NCBI GenBank assembly: GCA_041736435.1 | Contig: JBGSTS010000106.1 | Span: forward strand, 13,625 to 77,624 | DNA: 64,000 bases | Direction: 5' to 3' | DNA from: Desulfobacterales bacterium | GTDB taxonomy: Bacteria; Desulfobacterota; Desulfobacteria; Desulfobacterales; SpSt-501 | In this document: positions 1 through 7,369 of the stretch, one piece after another | Numbering within the stretch: the first letter of the stretch is position 1 | How the letters are laid out: every line of letters starts with the position of its first letter | Program-made: the position numbers and the translations under genes | Notes under the pieces: generated by a model | What the model saw: the letters and a program-made list of their open reading frames with translations, nothing else | What the model was told of the DNA's origin: nothing | Database searches by the model: none

Positions 1-2
1 GC

Positions 3-125
3 CTGCCCGTTCACGACAGCGTCATCGTTCAGCGCGAGCACGAGGAGGTCTTGCGCGAGATCATGATGCGGGAATACGAGGCCGTGATGGGCTTCAGGCC
101 AAGGCCACCGGAGAGGAAGGGGTAA
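3..125 (+). CDS. C-terminal fragment of an ORF entering from the left window edge; function unknown, probable island cargo
   Basis: Frame 3 is open from the edge to TAA 123-125 (...LPVHDSVIVQREHEEVLREIMMREYEAVMGFRPRPPERKG*). Third codon positions are GC-rich. No diagnostic motif. Confidence 0.3.
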   Translation: MPVHDSVIVQREHEEVLREIMMREYEAVMGFRPRPPERKG

Positions 126-361
126 AGTTTCAGGGATTCCAGCCGATTTATCAAAGTTGGGAAGCCAGAATCTTGAGGGCTTCTCGGTCTCAAATCTATG
201 ATAAGGAGGTGGTGGAGAGGTTTTTTGAAATCGATGAGTAGGAGGTGTAGTATGGTTGTCCAAAATCCCAGGAGACTCGTTATAGGCCCAATGGGAGTCG
301 GGATTCGATCGTTTGACAGCAACGCCAAGGGGCTGCCCAACGAGAGGAGCCCCGGCGACAC

Positions 362-628
362 ATGGGCAGCGAGGCTGACAGGTATTGGACGCAGGCGGAG
401 GTAGCCGAGAGATGGAGATGCTCGGAGGCCAACATCAAGAATCTTCGTGAGCGTGGCCTCATCGGTTTTTTCCAGTTCGGACGGTCCATCCGCTATCTCC
501 AACAGGACATCGTCGAATTCGAGAACCAACACACCAAGCAAAGGAAAGGAGGTGCGCCACCCAAGGCGAGAAGCGCTGTAAGAAAGCCTGATGTATCGCC
601 CGCCTCGCCACGGCAATGGAGGATTTGA
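362..628 (+). CDS. Excisionase/AlpA-like helix-turn-helix DNA-binding protein
   Basis: 88-aa ORF. AEVAERWRCSEANIKNLRERGLIGFFQFGRSIRY looks like an Xis/MerR-type HTH. It ends 2 nt before the integrase ATG. Confidence 0.6.
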   Translation: MGSEADRYWTQAEVAERWRCSEANIKNLRERGLIGFFQFGRSIRYLQQDIVEFENQHTKQRKGGAPPKARSAVRKPDVSPASPRQWRI

Positions 629-629
629 C

Positions 630-1793
630 ATGGCGAAAAAGAATCATCACCTGGTTCGGCGGGGTGATGTTTGGTATTTAACCGTGGTGGCAGGGGGGCG
701 GCGCATAAAAAAGGCGCTGTCCTCCTCCATCACGGAGGCCAGACAACTCCGCAACGAACACCTTGAGCAGATACGGATCACCGGGGACATCCAGAAACCG
801 GAGCCTGCCAAGCCATGCCCTTTGTTCGGGGAGGTGGCGCAGAAATGGGCGAAGGTGAAGGAGAAGAAGGTGAAGTCCTCGACGCTGAAGGACTACCGAT
901 CTGCGATGAACATTTACGTCCTACCGCGATTCGGGAACGTCCCTATTGACAAGATTTCCTACGGGGATGTCGAGGTGTTCATCAGCGAGTTGAAGTGTAG
1001 CGCCAAGCGGATCAACAACATCCTGGTGCCCATGCGGGCGTTGATGAAGTTCGCGTTCAAGGACGGGCTGATCGAAAAGAACCCAATGGCGTTGGTGGAG
1101 AACCTGAAGGTCGTGAGGCCATCCATCAACCCGCTGTCCATGGACGAGGTCCATAAGTTCCTGGCTGCGGTCAGGCCGTTCTACAATCCGTTCTTTATCG
1201 TCGCCTTTTTTACCGGGATGCGCTTTGGCGAGATGGCCGGGCTCAAGTGGCAGAACGTGGATTTCAAACTCGGCGTGGTGAAGGTTCAGGAGACACGAGT
1301 GAGAGGAGAGGAAGGCCGGCCCAAGACCAAGGGGTCGGTGCGGGACATCAAGATGCTTCCGCCGGTCGTTGAGGCGTTCAGGGAGCAGCGCAAAATCACG
1401 ATGGGACGCTCGGACTACGTTTTCCTGAACAAGTTCGGACGGCCGCTTCTGCCCAACTCGATCCACTTCCACGTCTGGAAGCCAGGTCTCAGGAAAGCCG
1501 GCCTCAAGGTGCGGTCCCTCTACCAGACACGGCACACCTTCGCCACGCTGATGCTGGATGGCGGTGAACTTCCTGGATGGGTCCAGAAGATGATGGGCCA
1601 CGAGAGCCTGAAAATGATTCTGGAGCGATACTACTCGTACATCAAGAACTATGAGCGCGATGACGGCCTGGCGTTCATGGAAAAGGTCTACAGGCCGAGC
1701 CAGAACCACCAGAAGCAGGAAGAGGGGGAAAAGGGAACAGCGAAAAATCTGACCCCAAATTTACCCCAAAATGAAAAACGGGAATCGGCTTGA
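630..1793 (+). CDS. Tyrosine-type site-specific recombinase (phage integrase family)
   Basis: Catalytic-domain signatures FFTGMRFGE, TRHTFATLMLDGG and GHESLKMILERYYSY (R..HxxR..Y). GGAGG lies 7 nt upstream of ATG 630. The track ORF from 591 is probably an over-extension. Confidence 0.9.
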   Translation: MAKKNHHLVRRGDVWYLTVVAGGRRIKKALSSSITEARQLRNEHLEQIRITGDIQKPEPAKPCPLFGEVAQKWAKVKEKKVKSSTLKDYRSAMNIYVLPRFGNVPIDKISYGDVEVFISELKCSAKRINNILVPMRALMKFAFKDGLIEKNPMALVENLKVVRPSINPLSMDEVHKFLAAVRPFYNPFFIVAFFTGMRFGEMAGLKWQNVDFKLGVVKVQETRVRGEEGRPKTKGSVRDIKMLPPVVEAFREQRKITMGRSDYVFLNKFGRPLLPNSIHFHVWKPGLRKAGLKVRSLYQTRHTFATLMLDGGELPGWVQKMMGHESLKMILERYYSYIKNYERDDGLAFMEKVYRPSQNHQKQEEGEKGTAKNLTPNLPQNEKRESA

Positions 1794-1835
1794 TTCCCAT
1801 CTTCCTGTAATCATTTATTATTTTTTTCTAAATAA

Positions 1836-2192
1836 TGGTGGAGGCGGCGGGAGTCGAACCCGCGTCCGAAAACATTCCACCCAAGCATCTACGTGTGTAT
1901 CCCGGATATTAAGTCTCGCCTCATGTGACTCCTCCAGGCGGGATGCACAATCGGCCAGCCCACTAAGGTTCGCCGTCCCGGCCGCAGGCGCACCGGAACC
2001 GCTATCCCGCTAGTCGACGCCCTTTACCGGATCTGCAGGAGAGGACCCGGCAGGACGGTAGCTGCGCTAGGCAGCTACGGCGTACGCATAATCGTCTGCG
2101 ATTATGTTTAGCCCCATCAGGATTTACGAGCCGACAGGACGCTCGACACGCAGCTTGAATTTCATTGTCCCCGTCGAAACCGTATCGCCCCC
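1836..2192 (-). ncRNA. ssrA: tmRNA (SsrA), 357 nt
   Basis: Minus strand reads 5' GGGGGCGATACGGTTTCGACGGGG ... GGACGCGGGTTCGACTCCCGCCGCCTCCACCA 3' (tRNA-Ala-like acceptor/T-arm with encoded CCA). Internal tag frame GCA GAC GAT TAT GCG TAC GCC GTA GCT GCC TAG gives ADDYAYAVAA*. It lies directly downstream of smpB. Confidence 0.95.
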
Positions 2193-2364
2193 AATAGCAC
2201 AAGCATTACGCTCGAGGCTGAAAGCTGGACGACGACGTCCTCGTCCAGCTTTCAGAAATGGGAGAGTATTTAAAAGAACGTTTAAATAGAAAATAATGTA
2301 TTCCTGAGGGTTTGTCAACATAAGGGGGCGTATCGTCAGGGCTTTGCTCAAGGCAGCTAAAGGA

Positions 2365-2823
2365 TCAGCGCTGTTTGCGGGCGCGGTCGACCTCGCGTTT
2401 CTGCTCGCGCTCACGGATGCTGTGGCGCTTGTCGAACTCGCGCTTGCCCTTGACCAGGGCGATGACGACCTTGGCCTTGCCCTTTTTGAAATAGATCCGC
2501 AGGGGCACCAGAGTGTGGCCCTGCTCGTTGACCTTGGCGTAGAGGCGCATGATCTCGCGTTTGTGCAGGAGCAACTTGCGCACCCGCAGCGGTTCGTGAT
2601 TGTTGTAGTAGGCGAACGGGTAGGGGCTGATGTGAACCTGGTAAAGCCAGACCTCCCCGTCTTTGACTTTGGCGTAAGCGTCCTTGAGGTTCACCTTGCC
2701 CATCCGCATGGACTGGACCTCGGTGCCGGTCAGCATGATCCCCGCTTCGTATTGGTCGACGATGGTATAGTCGTGGCGGGCCTTGCGGTTTTCCGAAACG
2801 ATTTTGATGGGGGAAGTGTCCAT
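2365..2823 (-). CDS. smpB: SsrA-binding protein SmpB
   Basis: 152 aa. IVSENRKARHDYTIVDQYEAGIMLTGTEVQSMR and the basic C-tail are typical of SmpB. Adjacent to ssrA. Confidence 0.95.
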   Translation of the reverse strand: MDTSPIKIVSENRKARHDYTIVDQYEAGIMLTGTEVQSMRMGKVNLKDAYAKVKDGEVWLYQVHISPYPFAYYNNHEPLRVRKLLLHKREIMRLYAKVNEQGHTLVPLRIYFKKGKAKVVIALVKGKREFDKRHSIREREQKREVDRARKQR

Positions 2824-4596
2824 TTACGTCTTCAGAGCCTGCCGGTGGTTGGTCATGAATTCCCCGAAAGCGCTGCGCACGACGCCGAGAACTTTCAAAG
2901 CGGTCGGCTGCTTCAACACTTCCTGCACCGCCTCACGGCTGTCAGCGGCGCTGATCGCACGCACCATGCGTTTGACCACGGGGATGGCCGCCGGGTTCAT
3001 GCTGAGCTCATCGAAGCCCATGCCGAGCAACAGGGGGGCATAGAGCGGGTAGCTGGCCATCTCCCCGCACATGCACACCTTGATGCCCCGGTCCCGGCCC
3101 ACGTCTGCGGTGTGCTTGATCAGGCGCAGCACCGCCGGGTCCAGCGGCTGGTAGAGATGCGACACTTGCTTGTTGCCGCGGTCGATGGCCAACGCAAACT
3201 GGATGAGGTCGTTGGTCCCGATGCTGAAGAAATCCACCTCCCGCGCCAGCAGGTCCGCCATGACCACCGCCGATGGCACCTCCACCATGATTCCCACCGG
3301 GATGTCGCGTCGGTAGGGCAGGCCGTCTTTTTCAAGCGACTCGGCTGCTTCGTCCAACAGGCGCTTCGCCTCGCAGATTTCGAAATAGATCGAGATCATC
3401 GGAAAAATAATGCGCACCTCGCCCAGCACGGCTGCCCTCAGAATGGCCCGCAGCTGAACCTTGAACACCTCCGGCCGCCGCAGGCAATAGCGGATGGCGC
3501 GCAGGCCGAGGGCGGGGTTTGCTTCGGCGGGACCGGTGTCCAGGGACATGGCCTTGTCGCCGTTGATGTCCAGGGTGCGGAAGGTGACCGGCCGGGGCGC
3601 CATGACCTCGATGACATCCTTGTACCCCTCGAGCAGTTCGTTTTCGGAAGGGAAGGTGGCGCGGTTCAGATACTGGAACTCGGTGCGGTACAGACCGATT
3701 CCGTCGCCGCCGTAGTTCAGGACCGAGACGACCTCCTCGGGCAGCTCGATGTTGCCCATGATGTCGATGTGCAGACCGTCGCGGGTTCTGGCCTCCAGGT
3801 GGCTTTCGCGGGTGAGCACGGCGCGATAGCGCTCGTAGCCGATCTGGAGTTCCTGATAGTCGATCAGGGTGCCCTCGGAAGGCCGTGCAATCACCACCCC
3901 GGCCGTGCCGTCGACGATGATGATGTCGTCGTTGCGGATCTCGCGCGTGGCCGTCTCCAGGCCGACCACGGCCGGAATTTCCAGGCTGCGGGCGATGATG
4001 CCGGTGTGGGAGGTCTTGCCCCCCAAATCGGTGATGAAGCCCTTGATGCGCTCGAGGTTGATCTGGCTGGTGTCCGCCGCCGAGAGGTCGTGCGCCACCA
4101 GGACCACGCGCTTGTCGATGCTGCCGATGCTCTCGACCTTGGCGCCGGTCAGGTTGCGCATGACCAGGTTGGAAACATGCGTGATGTCGGACATTCGTTC
4201 CTTGAGATAGGTGTCCGGCATTTCATGGAAGACGGACATGATCTGGTTGACCACGGTCTTGAGGGCCCACTCGGCGTTGACGCTCTCCTTTTCGATGGTT
4301 TCGATTGTCCGGCCATAGAGCAGCTTGTCGTTCAGGAGCACCACGTGGGTTTCGAGGATGTGGCCCTTTTGAAGCTCCGGCGGGCTGTTTTCGATTACGG
4401 ACTGAAGCTCGTGCTTGGCGGCCTGAACGGCGGATTTGAAGCGCTTGATCTCGCTCTTCACCTTGTTCGCAGGCAGGGGGTAGCGGTCGATCACGTCCAC
4501 CCCTTCGCGGTCGACGTGATAGGCCTTGCCGATGCAGATGCCCGGCGAGGCATTGATGCCTTTCAACACGAGCTCTTGGGTTCGGGGTCTTTTCAT
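2824..4596 (-). CDS. ptsI: Phosphoenolpyruvate-protein phosphotransferase (PTS enzyme I)
   Basis: 590 aa. Contains GICIGKAY, GGKTSHTGIIARSLEIPAVVG (phospho-His region) and FFSIGTNDLIQF, CGEMA (PEP-utilising TIM barrel). Confidence 0.93.
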   Translation of the reverse strand: MKRPRTQELVLKGINASPGICIGKAYHVDREGVDVIDRYPLPANKVKSEIKRFKSAVQAAKHELQSVIENSPPELQKGHILETHVVLLNDKLLYGRTIETIEKESVNAEWALKTVVNQIMSVFHEMPDTYLKERMSDITHVSNLVMRNLTGAKVESIGSIDKRVVLVAHDLSAADTSQINLERIKGFITDLGGKTSHTGIIARSLEIPAVVGLETATREIRNDDIIIVDGTAGVVIARPSEGTLIDYQELQIGYERYRAVLTRESHLEARTRDGLHIDIMGNIELPEEVVSVLNYGGDGIGLYRTEFQYLNRATFPSENELLEGYKDVIEVMAPRPVTFRTLDINGDKAMSLDTGPAEANPALGLRAIRYCLRRPEVFKVQLRAILRAAVLGEVRIIFPMISIYFEICEAKRLLDEAAESLEKDGLPYRRDIPVGIMVEVPSAVVMADLLAREVDFFSIGTNDLIQFALAIDRGNKQVSHLYQPLDPAVLRLIKHTADVGRDRGIKVCMCGEMASYPLYAPLLLGMGFDELSMNPAAIPVVKRMVRAISAADSREAVQEVLKQPTALKVLGVVRSAFGEFMTNHRQALKT

Positions 4597-4602
4597 CCGC
4601 TG

Positions 4603-4881
4603 TTATTCCTCAAAACCGGTTTCGATCAGCCGAGCCAGGGTCTCGAGCACCAGGCGATCGGCCGGGTCCTCGGCCGCCAGGGTCAGCCGTGCCCCCCGGG
4701 CACACCCTAAAGCGAGCACGTCCATGATGCTCGTGGCGTCGGCCTTCTCTTCACCGAAAACGACCCAGATGCGTGATCTCGCCTCTTGCGCGGCCCGGGC
4801 GAACCGGGCCGCCGGCCGCGCGTGGAGCCCGAGTTCGTTCACGACGGTGACGTTTCTGGTCAGGTGGTTGCTGAGTGCCAC
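4603..4881 (-). CDS. ptsH: HPr-family phosphocarrier protein
   Basis: VTVVNELGLHARPAARF is the active-site His motif. The start is placed at GTG 4881, giving a ~92-aa HPr-sized protein. The track start ATG 4938 lies inside repeat copy A1 and would add 19 atypical residues. Confidence 0.8.
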   Translation of the reverse strand: MALSNHLTRNVTVVNELGLHARPAARFARAAQEARSRIWVVFGEEKADATSIMDVLALGCARGARLTLAAEDPADRLVLETLARLIETGFEE

Positions 4882-4928
4882 GCGGCTGCCTGCATCATCG
4901 ATGCCGTCGCGCCCGATTCGACCGTTTA

Positions 4929-5074
4929 CAGTGTCCATCCGGCAATGGTGGATTATGGTTCATGTCAAGGCCGCAGCGATTTTGCAACCGGAGGCGCAGT
5001 GGGTCACCGCCGAGGATTGCGACGAGCGAGAACGCCGGCCTGGGCCGAAAGGCGCCGTTATTGGATGGACACTA
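4929..5074 (+). repeat. Family-A structured intergenic repeat, copy A1 (~146 nt long imperfect hairpin)
   Basis: cAGTGTCCATCC...ATGGTGGATTATGG...GCAACCGGAGGCG...CGCCGAGGATTGCGA...GGCGCCGTTATTGGATGGACACTa. The terminal arms are complementary. Homologous to the copies at 7225, 15098, 17832(-), 34721 and 56916. Confidence 0.85.
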
Positions 5075-5197
5075 TTAGTTGACCCCTTTATCGAACGAGT
5101 TGCGTAAATCTATAGATCAATCCGTGCGCGTTGACAAGACTTCAGGCGGCTGCTACTGCTTGATGATTCAGATTGAACCGACAACCGTGGAGGTTTT

Positions 5198-5416
5198 ATG
5201 AGCGAAACGGTGTTGATTTTCGGCAAAGACAAGTGACCCTTTACCCGTTCGGCTCGTGAAGCCTATATCAAAGAAGGCCGCCAGGTGAACTACGTCGATG
5301 TTCTGGGCAATCCGCAGAGCCTGCAGGAGATGCTGCGTCATTCAGGGGGTAACCGTCGCGTGCCGGTAATCGTCGACCGGGGCAAGGTGTCGACCGGCTT
5401 CGACGGCGGTTCCTGA
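5198..5416 (+). CDS. Glutaredoxin-like (NrdH/YruB-type) protein with in-frame UGA at the redox-motif position; candidate selenoprotein
   Basis: GGAGG lies 4 nt upstream of ATG 5198. Codon 13 is TGA (5234-5236). Read-through gives MSETVLIFGKDK-U-PFTRSAREAYIKEGRQVNYVDV...RRVPVIVDRGKVSTGFDGGS*, a complete Grx fold with U where the first Cys of CPYC sits. Confidence 0.65.
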
Positions 5417-5468
5417 AGGGTTTGAACTGTTTCGGCGGGACGCCGAAACCCGACTCGGAAAGAACGCT

Positions 5469-7055
5469 ATGGCGGCAAGCTCCTCGGAACGAAGCGGTCG
5501 GCTGCGGCGGGATGCGGGCCGCGATGCGTCCCCGCGGCAGGTGCCTGACGGCATGGGCGCGCTGCAGCGCCAAAACGAGTATCTCTGGGCCCTGCACGAG
5601 ACCTCGCTGGGGTTGATCGACCGGCTGGACAAGGAGGAGCTGCTCGAAGCCGTGCTGCACCGGGCCGCGCGCATGACCGGCACCGAGCACGGGTTTATCT
5701 ACCTGCTCGACGCCGACGAGAACCGTATGCAGATGCGGGTGGGCATGGGGTTCTTCAAGGAGCAGCTGGGCCTGAGCGTGCGCCCGGGGGAAGGCCTGGG
5801 CGGCCGGGTGTGGCAGGATCAGACCGTTCTCTTGGTGGACGACTATCACCGTTGGCCCGGGCGGCTGGCGGGCAAGTCTTTGGATCGGCTGCGCAGCATC
5901 GTCGGCATTCCCTTAAAGTACCGGGGCCGGGTGGAGGGCGTGATCGGCCTGGCGCACGTGGAGGTGCACAAGGGTTTCCAGGCCGAGGACATCGTCGTGC
6001 TCGAACGGTTCGCGGAGCTCGCCACCGTGGCCCTCGACAAGGCACGGCTTTACGCGGAGGCCCGCTGCGAGCTGGCTGAGCGCAAGCGCACTGAGGAGAT
6101 CCTGCGGGATAGCGAGGCGCGCTACCGTCTGCTGCTCGAGTCCTCGCCGGACCCGGTGGTGGTGTACAGCACGCAGGGCGAGGCCCTTTACGTGAACCCG
6201 GCCTTCGAACAGACGTTCGGGCTCCGGCGCGAGGAGCTGCTGGGCAAGCAGATCGATTTTGTGCCCGAAGAAAACTGGCCGGAGACCCGCGCGGCGATCG
6301 AGAACATGATGCAGGGCGAGAAGATCCAGCTGTTCGAGACCCGCCGCCGCACCCGTGACGGCCGCACCCTGGACGTGCAGCTGAGCTCTACTCTGTTCTT
6401 CGACCACGACGGCCGACCGGCCGGTAACATCGTGACGCTGCGGGACATCAGCGCCCTGAAGCGCGTCGAGCACGAGCTGCTCAAGTACCAGACGCAGCTG
6501 GAGGACCTGGTGGCGGCCCGCACGACGGAGTTGGCCAGTGCCAATGCCCGCATGGCTCAGGAAGTGGTAGGGCGCAAGCGCACGGAAGCCAATCTCCGCA
6601 AACGGGAAAGGGAGCTCAAGGCCCAGTCCATGCATTTGCAGGAAGTCAACACCGCCTTGAAGGTTCTCTTGCGGCAACGCGAGGGCGACCGCAAGGAGTT
6701 CGGCGAGATGGTGGTGTCCAACACCCGTGAGCTGATCAGCCCCTACCTCGAACAACTGAAAAAGAGCCGCCTGACGTCGATGCAGCGCGCCATGGTCGAC
6801 ATTCTGGACGCCAATCTCGAGAACATCATCTCCCCGTTCATCAGCAAACTCTCCAGCCGCTACGCCAACCTCACCCCGACCGAGATCCGTGTGGCCGGCC
6901 TGGTCAAGGAGGGCAAGACCAGCAAGGAGATCGCCGAGCTGCTCTATCTTTCCAAGAACACCATCCTCTTCCACCGGCACAACATTCGCACCAAGCTAGA
7001 TCTTCGAAAAAGCAAGAAAAACTTGCGATCTCACCTGCTCGGGCTCGAAAAATAG
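5469..7055 (+). CDS. GAF/PAS sensor, LuxR-family transcriptional regulator
   Basis: GAF-like N-terminal half, a PAS region (PDPVVVYSTQGEALYVNPAFEQTFG), a coiled coil, and a C-terminal LuxR HTH (LTPTEIRVAGLVKEGKTSKEIAELLYLSKNTILFHRHNIRTKL). The start is uncertain; ATG 5553 is an alternative. Confidence 0.85.
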   Translation: MAASSSERSGRLRRDAGRDASPRQVPDGMGALQRQNEYLWALHETSLGLIDRLDKEELLEAVLHRAARMTGTEHGFIYLLDADENRMQMRVGMGFFKEQLGLSVRPGEGLGGRVWQDQTVLLVDDYHRWPGRLAGKSLDRLRSIVGIPLKYRGRVEGVIGLAHVEVHKGFQAEDIVVLERFAELATVALDKARLYAEARCELAERKRTEEILRDSEARYRLLLESSPDPVVVYSTQGEALYVNPAFEQTFGLRREELLGKQIDFVPEENWPETRAAIENMMQGEKIQLFETRRRTRDGRTLDVQLSSTLFFDHDGRPAGNIVTLRDISALKRVEHELLKYQTQLEDLVAARTTELASANARMAQEVVGRKRTEANLRKRERELKAQSMHLQEVNTALKVLLRQREGDRKEFGEMVVSNTRELISPYLEQLKKSRLTSMQRAMVDILDANLENIISPFISKLSSRYANLTPTEIRVAGLVKEGKTSKEIAELLYLSKNTILFHRHNIRTKLDLRKSKKNLRSHLLGLEK

Positions 7056-7104
7056 TGGGTAATTACCGCTATTAAGCTACTATTTTATCTAATGCAATAA
7101 AGTA

Positions 7105-7133
7105 TTGACTAAACATAAAACATCTTATAGAAA
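7105..7133 (+). promoter_or_regulatory. Putative sigma70-like promoter with no protein gene downstream
   Basis: TTGACT (7105-7110), then TATAGA/TAGAAA after a 15-17 nt spacer, inside an AT-rich island between convergent genes. It points into palindrome 7145-7161 and repeat copy A2. Confidence 0.25.
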
Positions 7134-7144
7134 TCACTTTACGA

Positions 7145-7161
7145 AATGAATTCTATTCATT
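7145..7161. promoter_or_regulatory. 17-bp AT-rich palindrome AATGAAT-TCT-ATTCATT (Fur-family-box-like)
   Basis: Perfect 7-bp arms with a 3-bp spacer, seen directly in the sequence. Confidence 0.3.
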
Positions 7162-7224
7162 CAAATGCCCGGTTATTTTACCCATTTTACAAAATCGGAT
7201 CAGGGGTTCAGGCGCATCGTGAAG

Positions 7225-7369
7225 AGTGCCTATCCAAACATGGTGGATTTCGGTTCAGGCCATGGCCGCAGCGATGTCGCAACCGGAGGCGCAGTTGAGC
7301 ACCGCCATGGATTGCGACGCAAGAGAACGCCGGCATGGGCCGAAAGACGCCGTTTATGGATGGGCACTA
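7225..7369 (+). repeat. Family-A structured repeat, copy A2
   Basis: AGTGCCTATCC...ATGGTGGATTTCGGTTCAGGCCATGGCCGCAGCGATGTCGCAACCGGAGGCG...GGATGGGCACTA. Its last 3 nt are the complement of the phnD stop codon. Confidence 0.85.

Noticed and set aside
205-222. GGTGGTGGAGAGG resembling the ssrA 3' end (TGGTGGAGGCGG), as a possible second att site.
   Set aside because: Only about 8 contiguous matching bases, with no continuation into the T-arm sequence. Chance similarity.
29-631. 200-aa minus-strand ORF at the left edge.
   Set aside because: It overlaps the plus-strand HTH/excisionase gene and the island ORF fragment on the opposite strand. No motif and no RBS context.
2344-4710. 788-aa plus-strand ORF covering the ptsI/ptsH/smpB region.
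   Set aside because: It is antisense to three well-supported genes. The translation is low-complexity (runs of A/G/D/V/L/H) with no domain signature. It is the typical shadow ORF of GC-rich DNA.
4936-5082. Apparently conserved ~45-aa peptide MVDFGxGQGRSDxATGGxV.HRRG.RRARTPAWAERRR.WM encoded by family-A repeats.
   Set aside because: Copy A5 has no ATG (ACAGTGG). Copy A6 changes frame midway (…GGVVESTPRIAKSENAGMGRK…). Copy A4 begins with GTG (AAGTGGTGG) in place of ATG. Substitutions preserve base-pairing rather than amino acids. The conservation is therefore at the nucleic-acid structure level.
5234-5236. Reading TGA 5234 as a true stop (a 12-aa peptide), or the locus as a pseudogene.
   Set aside because: Not fully excluded. 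It is disfavoured because the downstream 59 codons stay in frame, keep all Grx fold landmarks, and the TGA aligns with the catalytic Cys position. A second gene in the window shows the same pattern.
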